This document shows positions 28,131 through 37,908 of a stretch of 56,698 nucleotides of DNA, piece after piece (positions within the stretch are counted from its first letter, which is position 1; each line of letters begins with the position of its first letter). The translations under genes were made by a program, and so were the position numbers. A model generated the notes under the pieces. That model was not told the origin of the DNA. It did no database searches and was given only the letters and a program-made list of their open reading frames with translations. The stretch spans positions 1 through 56,698 of the forward strand of contig CAMJWL010000002.1 of the NCBI GenBank assembly GCA_946409405.1, in the 5' to 3' direction. Origin of the DNA: an uncultured Bacteroidales bacterium (GTDB lineage: Bacteria; Bacteroidota; Bacteroidia; Bacteroidales; UBA3824).

Positions 28131-29240
28131 ATGGATTTCAACGACGAAGATATTGTCTATAAAGTGGCTATCAACATGATTCCGGGCGTTGGGTCGGTGG
28201 GCGTGAAGACGCTCGTTGCCTCCTGCGGCTCGGAGCGCACCCTGTTTGAAAACCTCGACGCATTGGAAGCCGACGGCAAAGTGCCGCCCCGCATCGCCCA
28301 ACACATCCGCCACAGCACTCTCCTCGACCAAGCAAAAGCGCAGATAGAGATTTGCAACAAGCACAATATCAACATATTGTATATCCTCGACCGCAAATAT
28401 CCTCGGCGGCTTGCCAAATGCGACGACGCCCCTACCCTACTCTACTGCCTCGGCAACACCAACTTAGACACATCGCACACCCTCGGCATAGTAGGCACAC
28501 GCTCTTGCGACTCCGACGGCAGAAACAACATCTTCGCCCTCATCGAAAAACTCAAAGCCGACAATATCAAAGTAATCGTTATCAGCGGACTGGCGTTGGG
28601 TGCCGACACCTACGCGCATCAGGCTGCATTGCAATACGAACAACCCACCGTTGCTGTCCTCGGACACGGACTCAACATGGTATATCCCTCCGAAAACCGC
28701 CGTCTTGCAGGCAACATCGTACACTCTGGCGGCGCGTTGCTCACGGAGTATTATTTTGGTCAACAGGTCAACAAAAACAATTTTCCTCGGCGAAACCGCA
28801 TCATAGCCGGGCTTTGCGACGCGCTCATCGTGGCGCAAAGCAAGATAAAGGGCGGCGCATTAATCACCGCCAACAAGGCCATACAATACCGCCGCGAGGT
28901 TTACGCCTTCCCCGGTCGCACAAGCGACAAACTATATGCCGGCTGCAACTACCTGATAGCCAACAATCTTGCAACATTGATAGCCAACCCCAACGAGTTT
29001 GAAAAACTGATAGGCTGGAAACAATCTAAAATCCCCATCCAGACAGAACTCAGCCTCATGTCGCTATCGCCCGAAGAAGCGGCGGTATTGGACGTACTCC
29101 ACTCCTACGGTGCCACACATACCGACACCCTTGCCGAACTATCAAAAATTCCATTGGAACAACTTCTGTCGCTGTTGCTCACAATGGAATTTAAGGATTT
29201 GGTGATGTCGCTGCCAGGCAACAGGTACGAGGCGCGGTAA
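28131..29240 (+). CDS. dprA: DNA-processing protein DprA
   Basis: 369 aa. LGIVGTRSCDSDG, ISGLALGADTYAHQAAL, VAVLGHGLNMVYPSEN, FPRRNRIIAGL and GGALITA are DprA/Smf Rossmann-domain motifs. Confidence 0.9.
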   Translation: MDFNDEDIVYKVAINMIPGVGSVGVKTLVASCGSERTLFENLDALEADGKVPPRIAQHIRHSTLLDQAKAQIEICNKHNINILYILDRKYPRRLAKCDDAPTLLYCLGNTNLDTSHTLGIVGTRSCDSDGRNNIFALIEKLKADNIKVIVISGLALGADTYAHQAALQYEQPTVAVLGHGLNMVYPSENRRLAGNIVHSGGALLTEYYFGQQVNKNNFPRRNRIIAGLCDALIVAQSKIKGGALITANKAIQYRREVYAFPGRTSDKLYAGCNYLIANNLATLIANPNEFEKLIGWKQSKIPIQTELSLMSLSPEEAAVLDVLHSYGATHTDTLAELSKIPLEQLLSLLLTMEFKDLVMSLPGNRYEAR

Positions 29241-29281
29241 ATATTTTTTTGGGGGGGCGTTACAATTCTATTTTAACCCCG

Positions 29282-30775
29282 CTATTTAGCCGCCTTCGCG
29301 CCGCCCCAAGTACCTTTTGCGAGGTCAAACCAAACATCGTATGTACCCGCCTTGTATATGTTGCCGCCAAACCAAAGATGGTCGTAGGTGGCGGTCGCCT
29401 TTACAAACGAGTTCCATGTGTCCCAATCTTTCACAGCATATTTGACGCCCTTGCCATCAATAGCCGTAAAATTGAGGTAATCTGTGGTTATTGTAATTGT
29501 GCCGCGCCAAACGCCATCGCCGTCGGGAGTACATTCGGCAAGCAACTCGCCCTCCTTGGTGTAGAGGTAGAGGTTTTCTTCTTTGAGCGCGGCGGCATTT
29601 GGGTCGGTGGCGGGAAGGAGTTCGGAGTAATTTTCGTTGAAGGCGTTCAAAGCCTCCGACGGCTTGCCCGACGAGAGAAATCCGCCCATAGGATATTGAT
29701 TCCAACTGCCATAACATTCAGGCTCCCAATAGAATACACCTTTGCAACGTGACACTTCCTTCTTGGCGCGTACCACGATGTCGTTGATGGCGCGTCGGGA
29801 GTTGTAAGAGGCAATGTTTGCGCAGCCCACCTCGCAGACCATCACGTCCTTGTCGTAAGTGGCGGCCACTTTGTTGAGGTTTGCTATCAGGGCGTCCACA
29901 TAATTCTTGTACCAGTTGGCATCGGTAAGGTCGGGATATATCGAGAGTCCAAAAATATCAAACTCCGCGCCGCCTTTTACGAGTTTGTCAAGCCCCCAAG
30001 AGAACTTGTCCCACAACTGCCCACGGTCGAAGTGGACGATGATTTTGCAGTCGGGGAACACCTCTTTGACAGCCTTGCGGGCGGTGTTATGCACCTTGAT
30101 ATAATAATCGGTGTGATTGTCGAGGGCGCAGTTGAGGTCGGTGGCAGATTTGTCTGACTGCGTTTTTAACATTCCGCCCGTGGTCTCGTTGCCTATCTGC
30201 ACCCAGGCAACATCCACTCCCGCTTCTTTGATGGCGGTGAGTACGTCTTTGGTGTGGTCGTAGGCGGCGGTGGCAATTTCGTCGATGGTGGTGAAATTGT
30301 CCCACGCTTCGGGCTTGCGCTGTTGTCCGGGGTCTGCCCAGTTGTCAGAATAATGAAAATCTATCATTATCTTGTAGCCGAGCGCGGCAGCACGTTTCGA
30401 TTTGGCAACAACGTCCGCCTTGTCGCACCACGGGCCATAGCCGTTCTTGTTGGTAGGCTGCACCCAGACGCGCATCCTCGCGGCGTTGAACCCTATGGAC
30501 TTCAACAGCGCGAAACATTCGGTCTCCTTGCCGCTGTTGTCGTAAAACTTGATGCCCTTGCTCTCCATCTCCGTGAGCCATCCCGCATCGGCACCGTATG
30601 CAAATGGAAGTTCGGTGGTGTTGCCATTGTTTGGTTCGACGGGCTTACTGTCGTTGATGTCTTCCGGCTGCGGCTCCTGGTTCTGCGGCTCGCTCTTGCC
30701 GTCGCTATCGCCGCACGACGGCAGCAATGCCATCAGCAACACAGCCGCCAACATAATGATATTCAATCGTTTCAT
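29282..30775 (-). CDS. GH53 endo-beta-1,4-galactanase lipoprotein with a ~110-aa C-terminal beta-sandwich-like extension
   Basis: Start taken at MKRLNIIMLAAVLLMALLPSCGD (lipobox), not the track start at 30859. IMIDFHYSDNWADPGQQRKPEAW, VQIGNETTGGM and VMVCEVG match GH53 catalytic motifs. The C-terminal tail may be a CBM; unverified. Confidence 0.85.
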   Translation of the reverse strand: MKRLNIIMLAAVLLMALLPSCGDSDGKSEPQNQEPQPEDINDSKPVEPNNGNTTELPFAYGADAGWLTEMESKGIKFYDNSGKETECFALLKSIGFNAARMRVWVQPTNKNGYGPWCDKADVVAKSKRAAALGYKIMIDFHYSDNWADPGQQRKPEAWDNFTTIDEIATAAYDHTKDVLTAIKEAGVDVAWVQIGNETTGGMLKTQSDKSATDLNCALDNHTDYYIKVHNTARKAVKEVFPDCKIIVHFDRGQLWDKFSWGLDKLVKGGAEFDIFGLSIYPDLTDANWYKNYVDALIANLNKVAATYDKDVMVCEVGCANIASYNSRRAINDIVVRAKKEVSRCKGVFYWEPECYGSWNQYPMGGFLSSGKPSEALNAFNENYSELLPATDPNAAALKEENLYLYTKEGELLAECTPDGDGVWRGTITITTDYLNFTAIDGKGVKYAVKDWDTWNSFVKATATYDHLWFGGNIYKAGTYDVWFDLAKGTWGGAKAAK

Positions 30776-30813
30776 ATCTTGTAAGGTGTTAAAAGGTTGG
30801 TAATCTATTACCG

Positions 30814-30821
30814 CAAAAGTA
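30814..30821 (-). promoter_or_regulatory. Candidate -7 box (TACTTTTG on minus strand) for the GH53 gene
   Basis: Plus-strand CAAAAGTA, 39 nt upstream of ATG 30775 and just downstream of the terminator hairpin. Confidence 0.45.
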
Positions 30822-30837
30822 ACACTAATTTCCAACA

Positions 30838-30887
30838 AAAACAAAAAAATCCGCCGCATCTGAAGACCTTTTTTTCGATGCGGCGGA
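30838..30887 (-). terminator. Rho-independent terminator between the SusE/F-like gene and the GH53 gene
   Basis: 11-bp stem TCCGCCGCATC / GATGCGGCGGA (30850-30860 / 30877-30887). On the minus strand it is followed by TTTTTTTGTTTTTGT. Confidence 0.7.
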
Positions 30888-30921
30888 ATGATTAATTATG
30901 AGAGAGAAAATACTTTGATGC

Positions 30922-33123
30922 CTACTTGGCGGTCTTTTCGGCCTTCAATTCGTATGAAACAGTGCCATTGTCGTTGGCAGTTGCAATCAGAGTGAAGGTG
31001 TAAGTGCCAGCCTCCTTTACGGAGAGATTGTCCAAATCCTCGGAAATCAGGTCGCTGCTAACGGTCAAGCCGCCCTTGCCAACCCAGTTGAGGTCGCCGT
31101 CGAAGCCAAACTGTGCGTCGGCTTCCATCTCGATGCCGCTGATAGTGTAGGTATAGATGTTGCCTTCCACAGCGGGCTTTGCCTTGCCTACCACATTCCA
31201 ATCGTTGAAAGTGCCTTTGATGCCCTGCTCAAGATCGGTCAAATCCTTGGCGGAGAGAGTGCCGGTCTTTTCGGCAGCAATCTTGTAGGTGATGCCGCCG
31301 TCGGCAGTGGCGATGGCGGTAACGGTGATTGTGTAGATGCCCGGTTCGTTGGCCTTGATGTTGCCGTCCTTGTAGAGATTGTCGCCCAAAGATTCAAAAG
31401 CGTCGGGTCCAATCCACTCGGCTGCGGGTGCAGTGGCGCGGAAACCAAATTGATCCGTCAATGTAACATTCTCAAATACAGCGGTGTATTCGTCGCCGTT
31501 GGCTGTTACCGTTACGCCCTCTTCGGGAGTCCAACTGTCGTGCCAACCCATATCTGCGCCTACGATGATAATCGAAACGCCGGTCAAATCCTTCTTGTCT
31601 GCTGCGCCGGTCAATTCGGCGGAGAGACTGTAAGAAACGCTGCCATCATCCTCGGCAACAGCCTTGAAGGTGAAGGTGTAGATGCCCGTCTCGGCGATGC
31701 CAAGGTTGCCAGGGCCTTCGATAATCGGGTCACTGATGGCGATGCCGCCCTTGCCAACCCAAGTAGATGCCGGAGATGTGGCACGGAAGCCAAAGCCCGA
31801 ACCCGCCGTAACGGTAACATTCTCAAATACAGCGGTGTATTCGTCGCCATTGGCAGTGAGGAGAACGCCGTCTGTTTCAGGAGTCCAATTGTCGTTCCAT
31901 CCCAAATCGTCGCCCACCATTATCACGTACACGCCGGTGAGGTCTTTCTTGGAAGCAGAGCCGGTCATTACGGCGGTGGCACTGTACGATACGCTGCCGT
32001 CTCCCTCGGCTACGGCTTTGAGCGTGATGGTATATACGCCCGTCTCAGTAACGCAAAGATTGTCAGGACCTTCGATGAGAGGTTCGGTAACTGTGATGCC
32101 GCCCTTGCCAATCCAAGCCGCTGCGGGTTCGGTGGCGCGGAAACCAAGGCCGCTACCAGCCGTCAAGGTCAAATTCTCAAATACTGCGGTGTACTCGTCG
32201 CCGTTGGCAGTTACCACTACGCCTTCTTCGGGCGACCACTCGTCGTGCCAACCCAAATCTGCGCCTACGATGATTACAGATACGCCGTTGAGGTCTTTCT
32301 TATCGGTGGCGATGAGTTCCCAGTCCCAAGTCATGGTGTTGAGGTTGACGCGCATTGTTACAGGGCGTTTGCTGGGGTCGAACCACGACGAATAATCGTC
32401 GCCAATCTCCCTGCCAGCAACAAGTTTGTAGGAGCGGTTACATTCTTCGGAGGCAGTCCAGTCGTCGTCGCAGCCGTAGATAGTGCCTTCGATGGCGTCA
32501 ACGAGATAGAAGTTCCACTCTGGTGTGGTGTATTCGCCTTCGTATATCTGCTTCTCCTCGTTGAAGAGCAATGTGGCATATACCTCGGAGATGTCGCTCT
32601 TGGAAACAGCCAACAGGGATTTCACGGCTTTCAGCGGAACGAACGACAGCGAAACCACGTTGCTCATGTTGCCCAATGCCGTAGATTTTTCGGTGTAGGC
32701 ATGGTTGATTCGGAAATATACCGTGGTGTTTTCACCGGCGGTAGCGTGGAGTTTCTGAGCCATTTCGTTGAGATCCTTGCCGAGGTACGTCTTGGAATTG
32801 GTACCGCTTGCAGCCTTGATGGTCTCGGAGAGTGTGGATGCCTTGGGGAACGTCTGGTCCAACGAATATTCCAGGACGTATGCTCCATTGCCCAAGGCTG
32901 TGGTGGTTTCGCCTTTCAAATCAGACGAGCCGGTAAATGACAACGTAAACACAACGTCGTTGAGATTGTCGTCCCTGAGTTCTACTGATGACGCGCTCGT
33001 CTCCAATACCGTGGCGTCCGGCGCGTTGACGGTGTAGTGTTCGAGGTCGTCGTCGCAGGCTACAAAACCGCCCGCAAGCACCATCGACAACACACCGGCA
33101 TATATGTAATTCGATATTTTCAT
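30922..33123 (-). CDS. SusE/SusF-like surface glycan-binding lipoprotein with four tandem CBM-like modules
   Basis: 733 aa. Lipobox LAGGFVAC. Positioned directly after SusD. The C-terminal 2/3 is four ~110-118-aa repeats (KKDLTGVS.IIVGAD.GWHD.W.PEEGV.VTANGDEYTAVFENVTLT..GFRAT.PA..W.GKGG...EGP.NL...ETG.YT.T.KAVAE.DGSVSYS). Confidence 0.75.
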   Translation of the reverse strand: MKISNYIYAGVLSMVLAGGFVACDDDLEHYTVNAPDATVLETSASSVELRDDNLNDVVFTLSFTGSSDLKGETTTALGNGAYVLEYSLDQTFPKASTLSETIKAASGTNSKTYLGKDLNEMAQKLHATAGENTTVYFRINHAYTEKSTALGNMSNVVSLSFVPLKAVKSLLAVSKSDISEVYATLLFNEEKQIYEGEYTTPEWNFYLVDAIEGTIYGCDDDWTASEECNRSYKLVAGREIGDDYSSWFDPSKRPVTMRVNLNTMTWDWELIATDKKDLNGVSVIIVGADLGWHDEWSPEEGVVVTANGDEYTAVFENLTLTAGSGLGFRATEPAAAWIGKGGITVTEPLIEGPDNLCVTETGVYTITLKAVAEGDGSVSYSATAVMTGSASKKDLTGVYVIMVGDDLGWNDNWTPETDGVLLTANGDEYTAVFENVTVTAGSGFGFRATSPASTWVGKGGIAISDPIIEGPGNLGIAETGIYTFTFKAVAEDDGSVSYSLSAELTGAADKKDLTGVSIIIVGADMGWHDSWTPEEGVTVTANGDEYTAVFENVTLTDQFGFRATAPAAEWIGPDAFESLGDNLYKDGNIKANEPGIYTITVTAIATADGGITYKIAAEKTGTLSAKDLTDLEQGIKGTFNDWNVVGKAKPAVEGNIYTYTISGIEMEADAQFGFDGDLNWVGKGGLTVSSDLISEDLDNLSVKEAGTYTFTLIATANDNGTVSYELKAEKTAK
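30925..32301 (-). repeat. Four tandem ~330-355-nt coding repeats inside the SusE/F-like gene
   Basis: The repeats start at residue 275 (KKDLNGVS, nt 32301). The first three units are closely similar; the fourth is diverged. Confidence 0.8.
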
Positions 33124-33150
33124 TTTTAGTCAATTAAAAAAGTTGTTGTA

Positions 33151-34740
33151 CTAATAATTAGGATCGTAGAGCGCGGAATTTGCGGAGAGTTCCGCTACCG
33201 GCAGGGGGAAGAATTTGAACTTCGCCTCGGCTGAACCGCCGCTATATACGCCGCCTTTCCATTCCCAGGAATATTTGTTGCCGACGTATGCGTCAAACCT
33301 GATGAGGTCTGTCCTGCGGAGCGATTCGAGCAAGAACTCGCGTCCGCGTTCCTCCAAGAGGTTCCAGTATTGGATGCCGTTGGCAGTGGCTTCGAGTTCT
33401 GCCTGTGAGAACGCGCCCACGCCAGCCCTCTGACGCACTTGGTTGACCAACTCCAGCGCGGATTTGGATGCGCCCGTGCCGCCGCGAAGGATTGCCTCGG
33501 CCTCGTTGAGAAGCACTTCCGACAATCTCAATACCGGCAGGTCAACTTGTGAAAGGGTAGATGAGTAGTCGCTTGCAACGCTGCCGTCGTCCTTGGTGTT
33601 GCAGAACTTGTTGAAGACGTAGCCTTCGCCAGCCGCCTGCTGCTCGATGCTCGACTCGTTGGCGATGGGACGGCCTTCCTTGAAGAAGAGGTCGCGCTTG
33701 TCGCCGGATTCAAACCTCTGCGCGGCTTCCTTCCTTGCGCGGAAAAGTTGCCATGCGTTGCCTTCCGCGCCAAGCACATTGGCGAGGTTGGCACTTGCGG
33801 CATCAGAGGCTGTGTTGCCCTCGCCGCTGATAATCATCGTGGTGGAGCCGTAGCCCTTGTTGCCCTTCTCGCCGTCCTTGCCGGTGTAGAACGAGAAGAT
33901 AATCTCGTTGGTGCGCTTGTTGTTGTCGGCGTTGAAGAGTTTGAAGAAGTCGTTTTCGAGAGCGAAACCACCCTCATAGACCATTTCGGAGTATTTGATG
34001 CACTTGTTGTAGTATTCGCTGCCGGAGGTCTCGGTATAGACGGGGGCGTTGAGGCAAACCCTCGACAGCAACGCAGCCGCTACGTACTTGTTGGCGCGGT
34101 ACTGCTCATTTTTGGCGGGCAGTTTTTCCACGAGGTCTTCGAGTTCGGAGATTACGTATTCGCAAATCTTTGCGCGTGTGGCAATCTCCGGCTCGTATGC
34201 GCCGATGGGGTCGTTTTCGGTAACGAATGCACCCACGGGCCAGAAGTCCATGATTTGGGAGTAGGCGAAGGCGCGCATGAAACGAGCCTCGTTTTTCATC
34301 TGTCCCTGTTCGCCGTCGTCTGAGCAGTTGCGGATGAAGTCGTTGGAGAGCGTTACGATGTAGTAGAGCGAGTAGTACGCGCCCGCAATCCACTTAGACT
34401 GTCCCGTAAGACCTTGGAGAAGCGAAATCTCTTTGAGTTCGTCGGACGCCGCCCATGTGAACATGATTTCGTCGGTGCCACATTCCTGCAAGTTGAAGCA
34501 GGAGCGCGAGCAGTAGTAGGGGTCGGAGTCGTTGAGGTCGGCATTGCCGCCGCCTTCCTCCTGTCCACGGATGACGTATGCGGCGTATATCTTGGCAAGA
34601 GCCTGTTTGTAGCCCTCAGTGGTGGAATAGACTTCGTTGGCAGAAGTCTCCGTCACAGGGTACTGGTCCAGTTCGTCGCAAGAAGTCCACAGCATCGAGG
34701 CTGTCAAGACGGCTGCGGCTATATATCCTATTTTTTTCAT
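33151..34740 (-). CDS. SusD/RagB-family nutrient-binding outer-membrane lipoprotein
   Basis: 529 aa. Lipobox MLWTSCDE. TPR-like helical composition. Lies immediately downstream of the SusC-like gene. C-terminal ..FPLPVAELSANSALYDPNY is typical. Confidence 0.9.
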   Translation of the reverse strand: MKKIGYIAAAVLTASMLWTSCDELDQYPVTETSANEVYSTTEGYKQALAKIYAAYVIRGQEEGGGNADLNDSDPYYCSRSCFNLQECGTDEIMFTWAASDELKEISLLQGLTGQSKWIAGAYYSLYYIVTLSNDFIRNCSDDGEQGQMKNEARFMRAFAYSQIMDFWPVGAFVTENDPIGAYEPEIATRAKICEYVISELEDLVEKLPAKNEQYRANKYVAAALLSRVCLNAPVYTETSGSEYYNKCIKYSEMVYEGGFALENDFFKLFNADNNKRTNEIIFSFYTGKDGEKGNKGYGSTTMIISGEGNTASDAASANLANVLGAEGNAWQLFRARKEAAQRFESGDKRDLFFKEGRPIANESSIEQQAAGEGYVFNKFCNTKDDGSVASDYSSTLSQVDLPVLRLSEVLLNEAEAILRGGTGASKSALELVNQVRQRAGVGAFSQAELEATANGIQYWNLLEERGREFLLESLRRTDLIRFDAYVGNKYSWEWKGGVYSGGSAEAKFKFFPLPVAELSANSALYDPNY

Positions 34741-34776
34741 TTTAGTCTGTGTCGTTATAAGGTTTCCAATTGATGA

Positions 34777-37764
34777 TTAGAAGTCAAAACCAAGGCTGAG
34801 GGAGAATGTCCTTGCCCTCGGATAGAAGTTGTTTTCGATGCCGTTCTCGATTTCGGGATCCACGCCAGAGTATTTGGTTACGGTAAATACGTTCTGGATG
34901 CCGAATGTGGCGTTAAGACCAAAGAACTTGGTTATCCTGCCAAAATTGTAAGAAAGGCTGATGTTGTCCATCTTCAGGAACGAGGCGTTCTCCAAGTAGT
35001 AGTCTGTGAACAACTGACGCTCTGCAAACCTCGTGTCCAAGAAAGAGGAACTGAGGTTGTTGATCTGGTATGAACTGTAACTCATACGGTTGAGCGCGCC
35101 GGTGTTCATTGCCGAGCCGTTGAATACGTAGTTGCCCACGTTTGCCCTCAGCGAACTTGTCAAAGTTAACTTCTTGTACCTCAGATTGAAGGAGAAGCCC
35201 ATAATCCAGTCGGGCATTGCGGAATGGCACATGTAGCGGTCGTCGTTGGAGATTTGACCATCATTGTTAACATCGGCGTATGCGCCCTCGATGGGGTTGC
35301 CGTTGGTGTCGTAGAGTTGGTGATAGAGGTAGAACGTGTAGGGAGCGTAGCCCTCGTTGAACACCTGGAACTGGTTGTTGTCGATTGATGTGCCGACGTA
35401 TGTGGGAGCCACGGCAGCCTTGTCGGAGAGACGGAGGTTGGAGATTTCGTTTTTCTGCCATGCAGCATTGAAGTTGAAGTCGAGGCCCCAGTCTTTGGAT
35501 TGGACGGGTGATACGCCGATTTCAAATTCGATACCCTTGGAGTCCACATTGCCTACGTTGGTCATGATGGTAGCGGCGAAGTTGGTACCGGCAGCCACGG
35601 GCACTGTTGCAAGGAGGTCTTCGGTCTTGCGGGTGTAGTAGTCAAACGAGGTGGTAATCTTGTCGTTGAGGAATCCGAAGTCAACACCGATGTTCCAAGA
35701 TTTTGTGGTTTCCCATTTGAGGTTGGAAACGTATGCCGCCGGACGATACATGTAATAGTATTGGTCGCCAAACTTGTATTGTGCGCCCACCTGCGAGAGA
35801 TTGTAGGTGGAGAGGTAGTTGTAATCGCCGATGCCGTCCTGCTGACCTGTGATACCGTAAGAGGCGCGGAGTTTGAAGTTGTTGACAACATCCCTGAGAC
35901 CCTCGAAGAAATTTTCTTCGGAAATTCTGTATGCCAAAGCCACTGACGGGAATGTACCCCAGCGTTCGTCTTTGGAGAACCTCGACGTACCGTCGCGACG
36001 GAGTGTGGCGGTAATCATATATTTGCCAAAGAAGGCGACGTTTGCCCTGCCGTAGTACGACATCAGCACGTGTGCGTAGTTCTTTTCCGGGTTAGATTTG
36101 ATTTGGTCTGCCTCGGTCTTGCCAAGGTAGGAGTATTCCCAGTAAGAGTCCCTCGTGGTGTGCCATTTCTGGTAGTCGTAACCAAGGGTGAAGTCGAAGT
36201 TGATGTTGTCAGTACGTTTGTTGTAGAACAAGTAGCCGGTGAACAGACCGTTTTTCTTGATTTCCGGGCCGTAGTCGTAGTTGCGACCATTGGTGGTGTA
36301 ATCGCGGAAACGGTTGTTGGGATAGCAAACATTGCCCTCGCCATTTGCACCGTCAAAACCGCCTGTTACATGAGCCTTCAAGTCTTTGAGGAAGGGGAAT
36401 GTGTAATCAACGTCGAGGTTGGTGGTGATACGCTTTACGGTGGAAGTGCTTCTGTAATAATCCAATACGCCTGCGGGGTTTGCCGCGCTACTTACGATGT
36501 TGGGCGTTTTGGTGCCGTCGCCATTAACGATGCAAGCCTCGTTCCAGCCGCCCAAGAAGTTGGGGTCGTCGGATTTTACGGCGATTGTGGGGTTGAAGGT
36601 GGCGGCGTTGTAAATAACGTTGTCGGCGTAAGTGTTGTCGTTGAAAGAGCCTTTCACAGAGAGGTTTACTTTCAATGCGTCATGGAAGAAGGTGGGGTTG
36701 AGATTGAGGTTGGCGGTATAACGCTTTACATTGTCGCTCTTGAGGATACCGTCCTGAGCCAGATAACCTACGCTGACACGTGTGGGAAGCACTTTTCCAA
36801 TGGAGCCGGATACGGAAACATTGTTGTCGGTAGCCCAGGCGGGCTGGAAGATTTCGTCGTACCAGTCGGTGTTTTCATTGCCGATGAGCGATTTCTGGGC
36901 ATCGGTGCCGTATTTGTTGTAAACGTCGATGAACTCTTCCCTCGAAAGCATGTCGGGTTTCTTGGTTACAAACGATACGGAGTTGTTGGTGCTGAAATTA
37001 ACCTTCACCTTGTCTTTTGCGCCCTTCTTGGTGTTGATGATGATGACACCGTTGGAAGCGCGGCTACCATAGATTGCGGTGGATGATGCGTCCTTCAAGA
37101 TAGACATCGATTCGATGTCGGAAGGGTTGATGAGGGAGAGGAAGTTGTTGTCGTTGCCCATGATGCCGCCATTTTCGAGCGGCACACCGTCGAGGACGAT
37201 GAGGGGGTTGTTGGAGGCGTTCAAGGATGCGCCGCCACGGATTCTGATGGTGTTGCCCGCAGACGGCGAACCGCCTTTGCTCATGATTTGCACACCAGCA
37301 ACTTTGCCGTTGATGAGTTGTTCGGGGGAGGAAACCACACCGCCGTTGAAGTCTTTTTCGCTGACGGAGGAGATGGAACCGGTCAAGTCGCCTTTGCGCT
37401 TAGTACCGTAACCGATGGCAACCACCTCGCCGAGTTGCGTGTCTTCTGGCTGCATCTGGATGTCGAGTTTGCCCGACGCAGGCACAGGCATAGTTACCGT
37501 GCCGTAGCCGATGAAAGAGAATATCACCGTGCCGTTTTCCTGACCGGCGGGTACGGTGAGTGAGTAGTTGCCGTCGATGTCGGTGATGGTGCCCACGGTA
37601 GTGCCCTGCACCGCGACGGTAACGCCGATGAGCGGCTGACTGCTTTCGTCAATCACCTTGCCCGAAATCGACTTTTGGGCGTAGGCTGCCGACGTAAGCC
37701 CCATGAATGTTACGCATAGCAATAATGCCATGAGGTAACGGAGTTTTAATGTCTTACTGTCCAT
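34777..37764 (-). CDS. SusC/RagA-family TonB-dependent outer-membrane transporter
   Basis: 995 aa. Signal peptide; carboxypeptidase-regulatory-like ISGKVIDESSQPLIGVTVAVQGTTVGTITDIDGNYSL; plug (VVAIGYGTKRKGDLTGSIS..IRIRGGASL..PLIVLDGVP). C-terminal beta-barrel ending ..SLSLGFDF. Confidence 0.95.
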   Translation of the reverse strand: MDSKTLKLRYLMALLLCVTFMGLTSAAYAQKSISGKVIDESSQPLIGVTVAVQGTTVGTITDIDGNYSLTVPAGQENGTVIFSFIGYGTVTMPVPASGKLDIQMQPEDTQLGEVVAIGYGTKRKGDLTGSISSVSEKDFNGGVVSSPEQLINGKVAGVQIMSKGGSPSAGNTIRIRGGASLNASNNPLIVLDGVPLENGGIMGNDNNFLSLINPSDIESMSILKDASSTAIYGSRASNGVIIINTKKGAKDKVKVNFSTNNSVSFVTKKPDMLSREEFIDVYNKYGTDAQKSLIGNENTDWYDEIFQPAWATDNNVSVSGSIGKVLPTRVSVGYLAQDGILKSDNVKRYTANLNLNPTFFHDALKVNLSVKGSFNDNTYADNVIYNAATFNPTIAVKSDDPNFLGGWNEACIVNGDGTKTPNIVSSAANPAGVLDYYRSTSTVKRITTNLDVDYTFPFLKDLKAHVTGGFDGANGEGNVCYPNNRFRDYTTNGRNYDYGPEIKKNGLFTGYLFYNKRTDNINFDFTLGYDYQKWHTTRDSYWEYSYLGKTEADQIKSNPEKNYAHVLMSYYGRANVAFFGKYMITATLRRDGTSRFSKDERWGTFPSVALAYRISEENFFEGLRDVVNNFKLRASYGITGQQDGIGDYNYLSTYNLSQVGAQYKFGDQYYYMYRPAAYVSNLKWETTKSWNIGVDFGFLNDKITTSFDYYTRKTEDLLATVPVAAGTNFAATIMTNVGNVDSKGIEFEIGVSPVQSKDWGLDFNFNAAWQKNEISNLRLSDKAAVAPTYVGTSIDNNQFQVFNEGYAPYTFYLYHQLYDTNGNPIEGAYADVNNDGQISNDDRYMCHSAMPDWIMGFSFNLRYKKLTLTSSLRANVGNYVFNGSAMNTGALNRMSYSSYQINNLSSSFLDTRFAERQLFTDYYLENASFLKMDNISLSYNFGRITKFFGLNATFGIQNVFTVTKYSGVDPEIENGIENNFYPRARTFSLSLGFDF

Positions 37765-37819
37765 TTTATTAATTGTTTTTTAGATAATATTAGTAAATCA
37801 TTGCTTAACTTTTACGCAA

Positions 37820-37827
37820 CAAAATTA
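37820..37827 (-). promoter_or_regulatory. Candidate -7 box (TAATTTTG on minus strand) for the PUL
   Basis: Plus-strand CAAAATTA, 56 nt upstream of the SusC-like ATG 37764. Confidence 0.45.
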
Positions 37828-37883
37828 TGTTTTTATAAAAAGATTTACATAATTTTTGGTGTTATTTCAGTATTAAAAAGTGT

Positions 37884-37904
37884 GCAAACGATTGCGCAAA
37901 CGTT
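37884..37904. promoter_or_regulatory. Candidate operator: direct GCAAACG repeats within a near-palindrome (AACGATTGCGCAAACGTT)
   Basis: GCAAACG occurs at 37884-37890 and 37896-37902. The 18-mer at 37887-37904 is palindromic at 16 of 18 positions. It lies 5-25 nt upstream of the toxin ORF ATG 37909 and ~120 nt upstream of SusC. Confidence 0.35.
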
Positions 37905-37908
37905 GGAA

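Noticed and set aside
29245-29258. T7G7 homopolymer pair as a phase-variation switch
   Set aside because: It lies between the 3' ends of two convergent genes (dprA and GH53), so length changes would not affect a promoter or a reading frame. No hairpin could be formed with the flanking CCCCGC.
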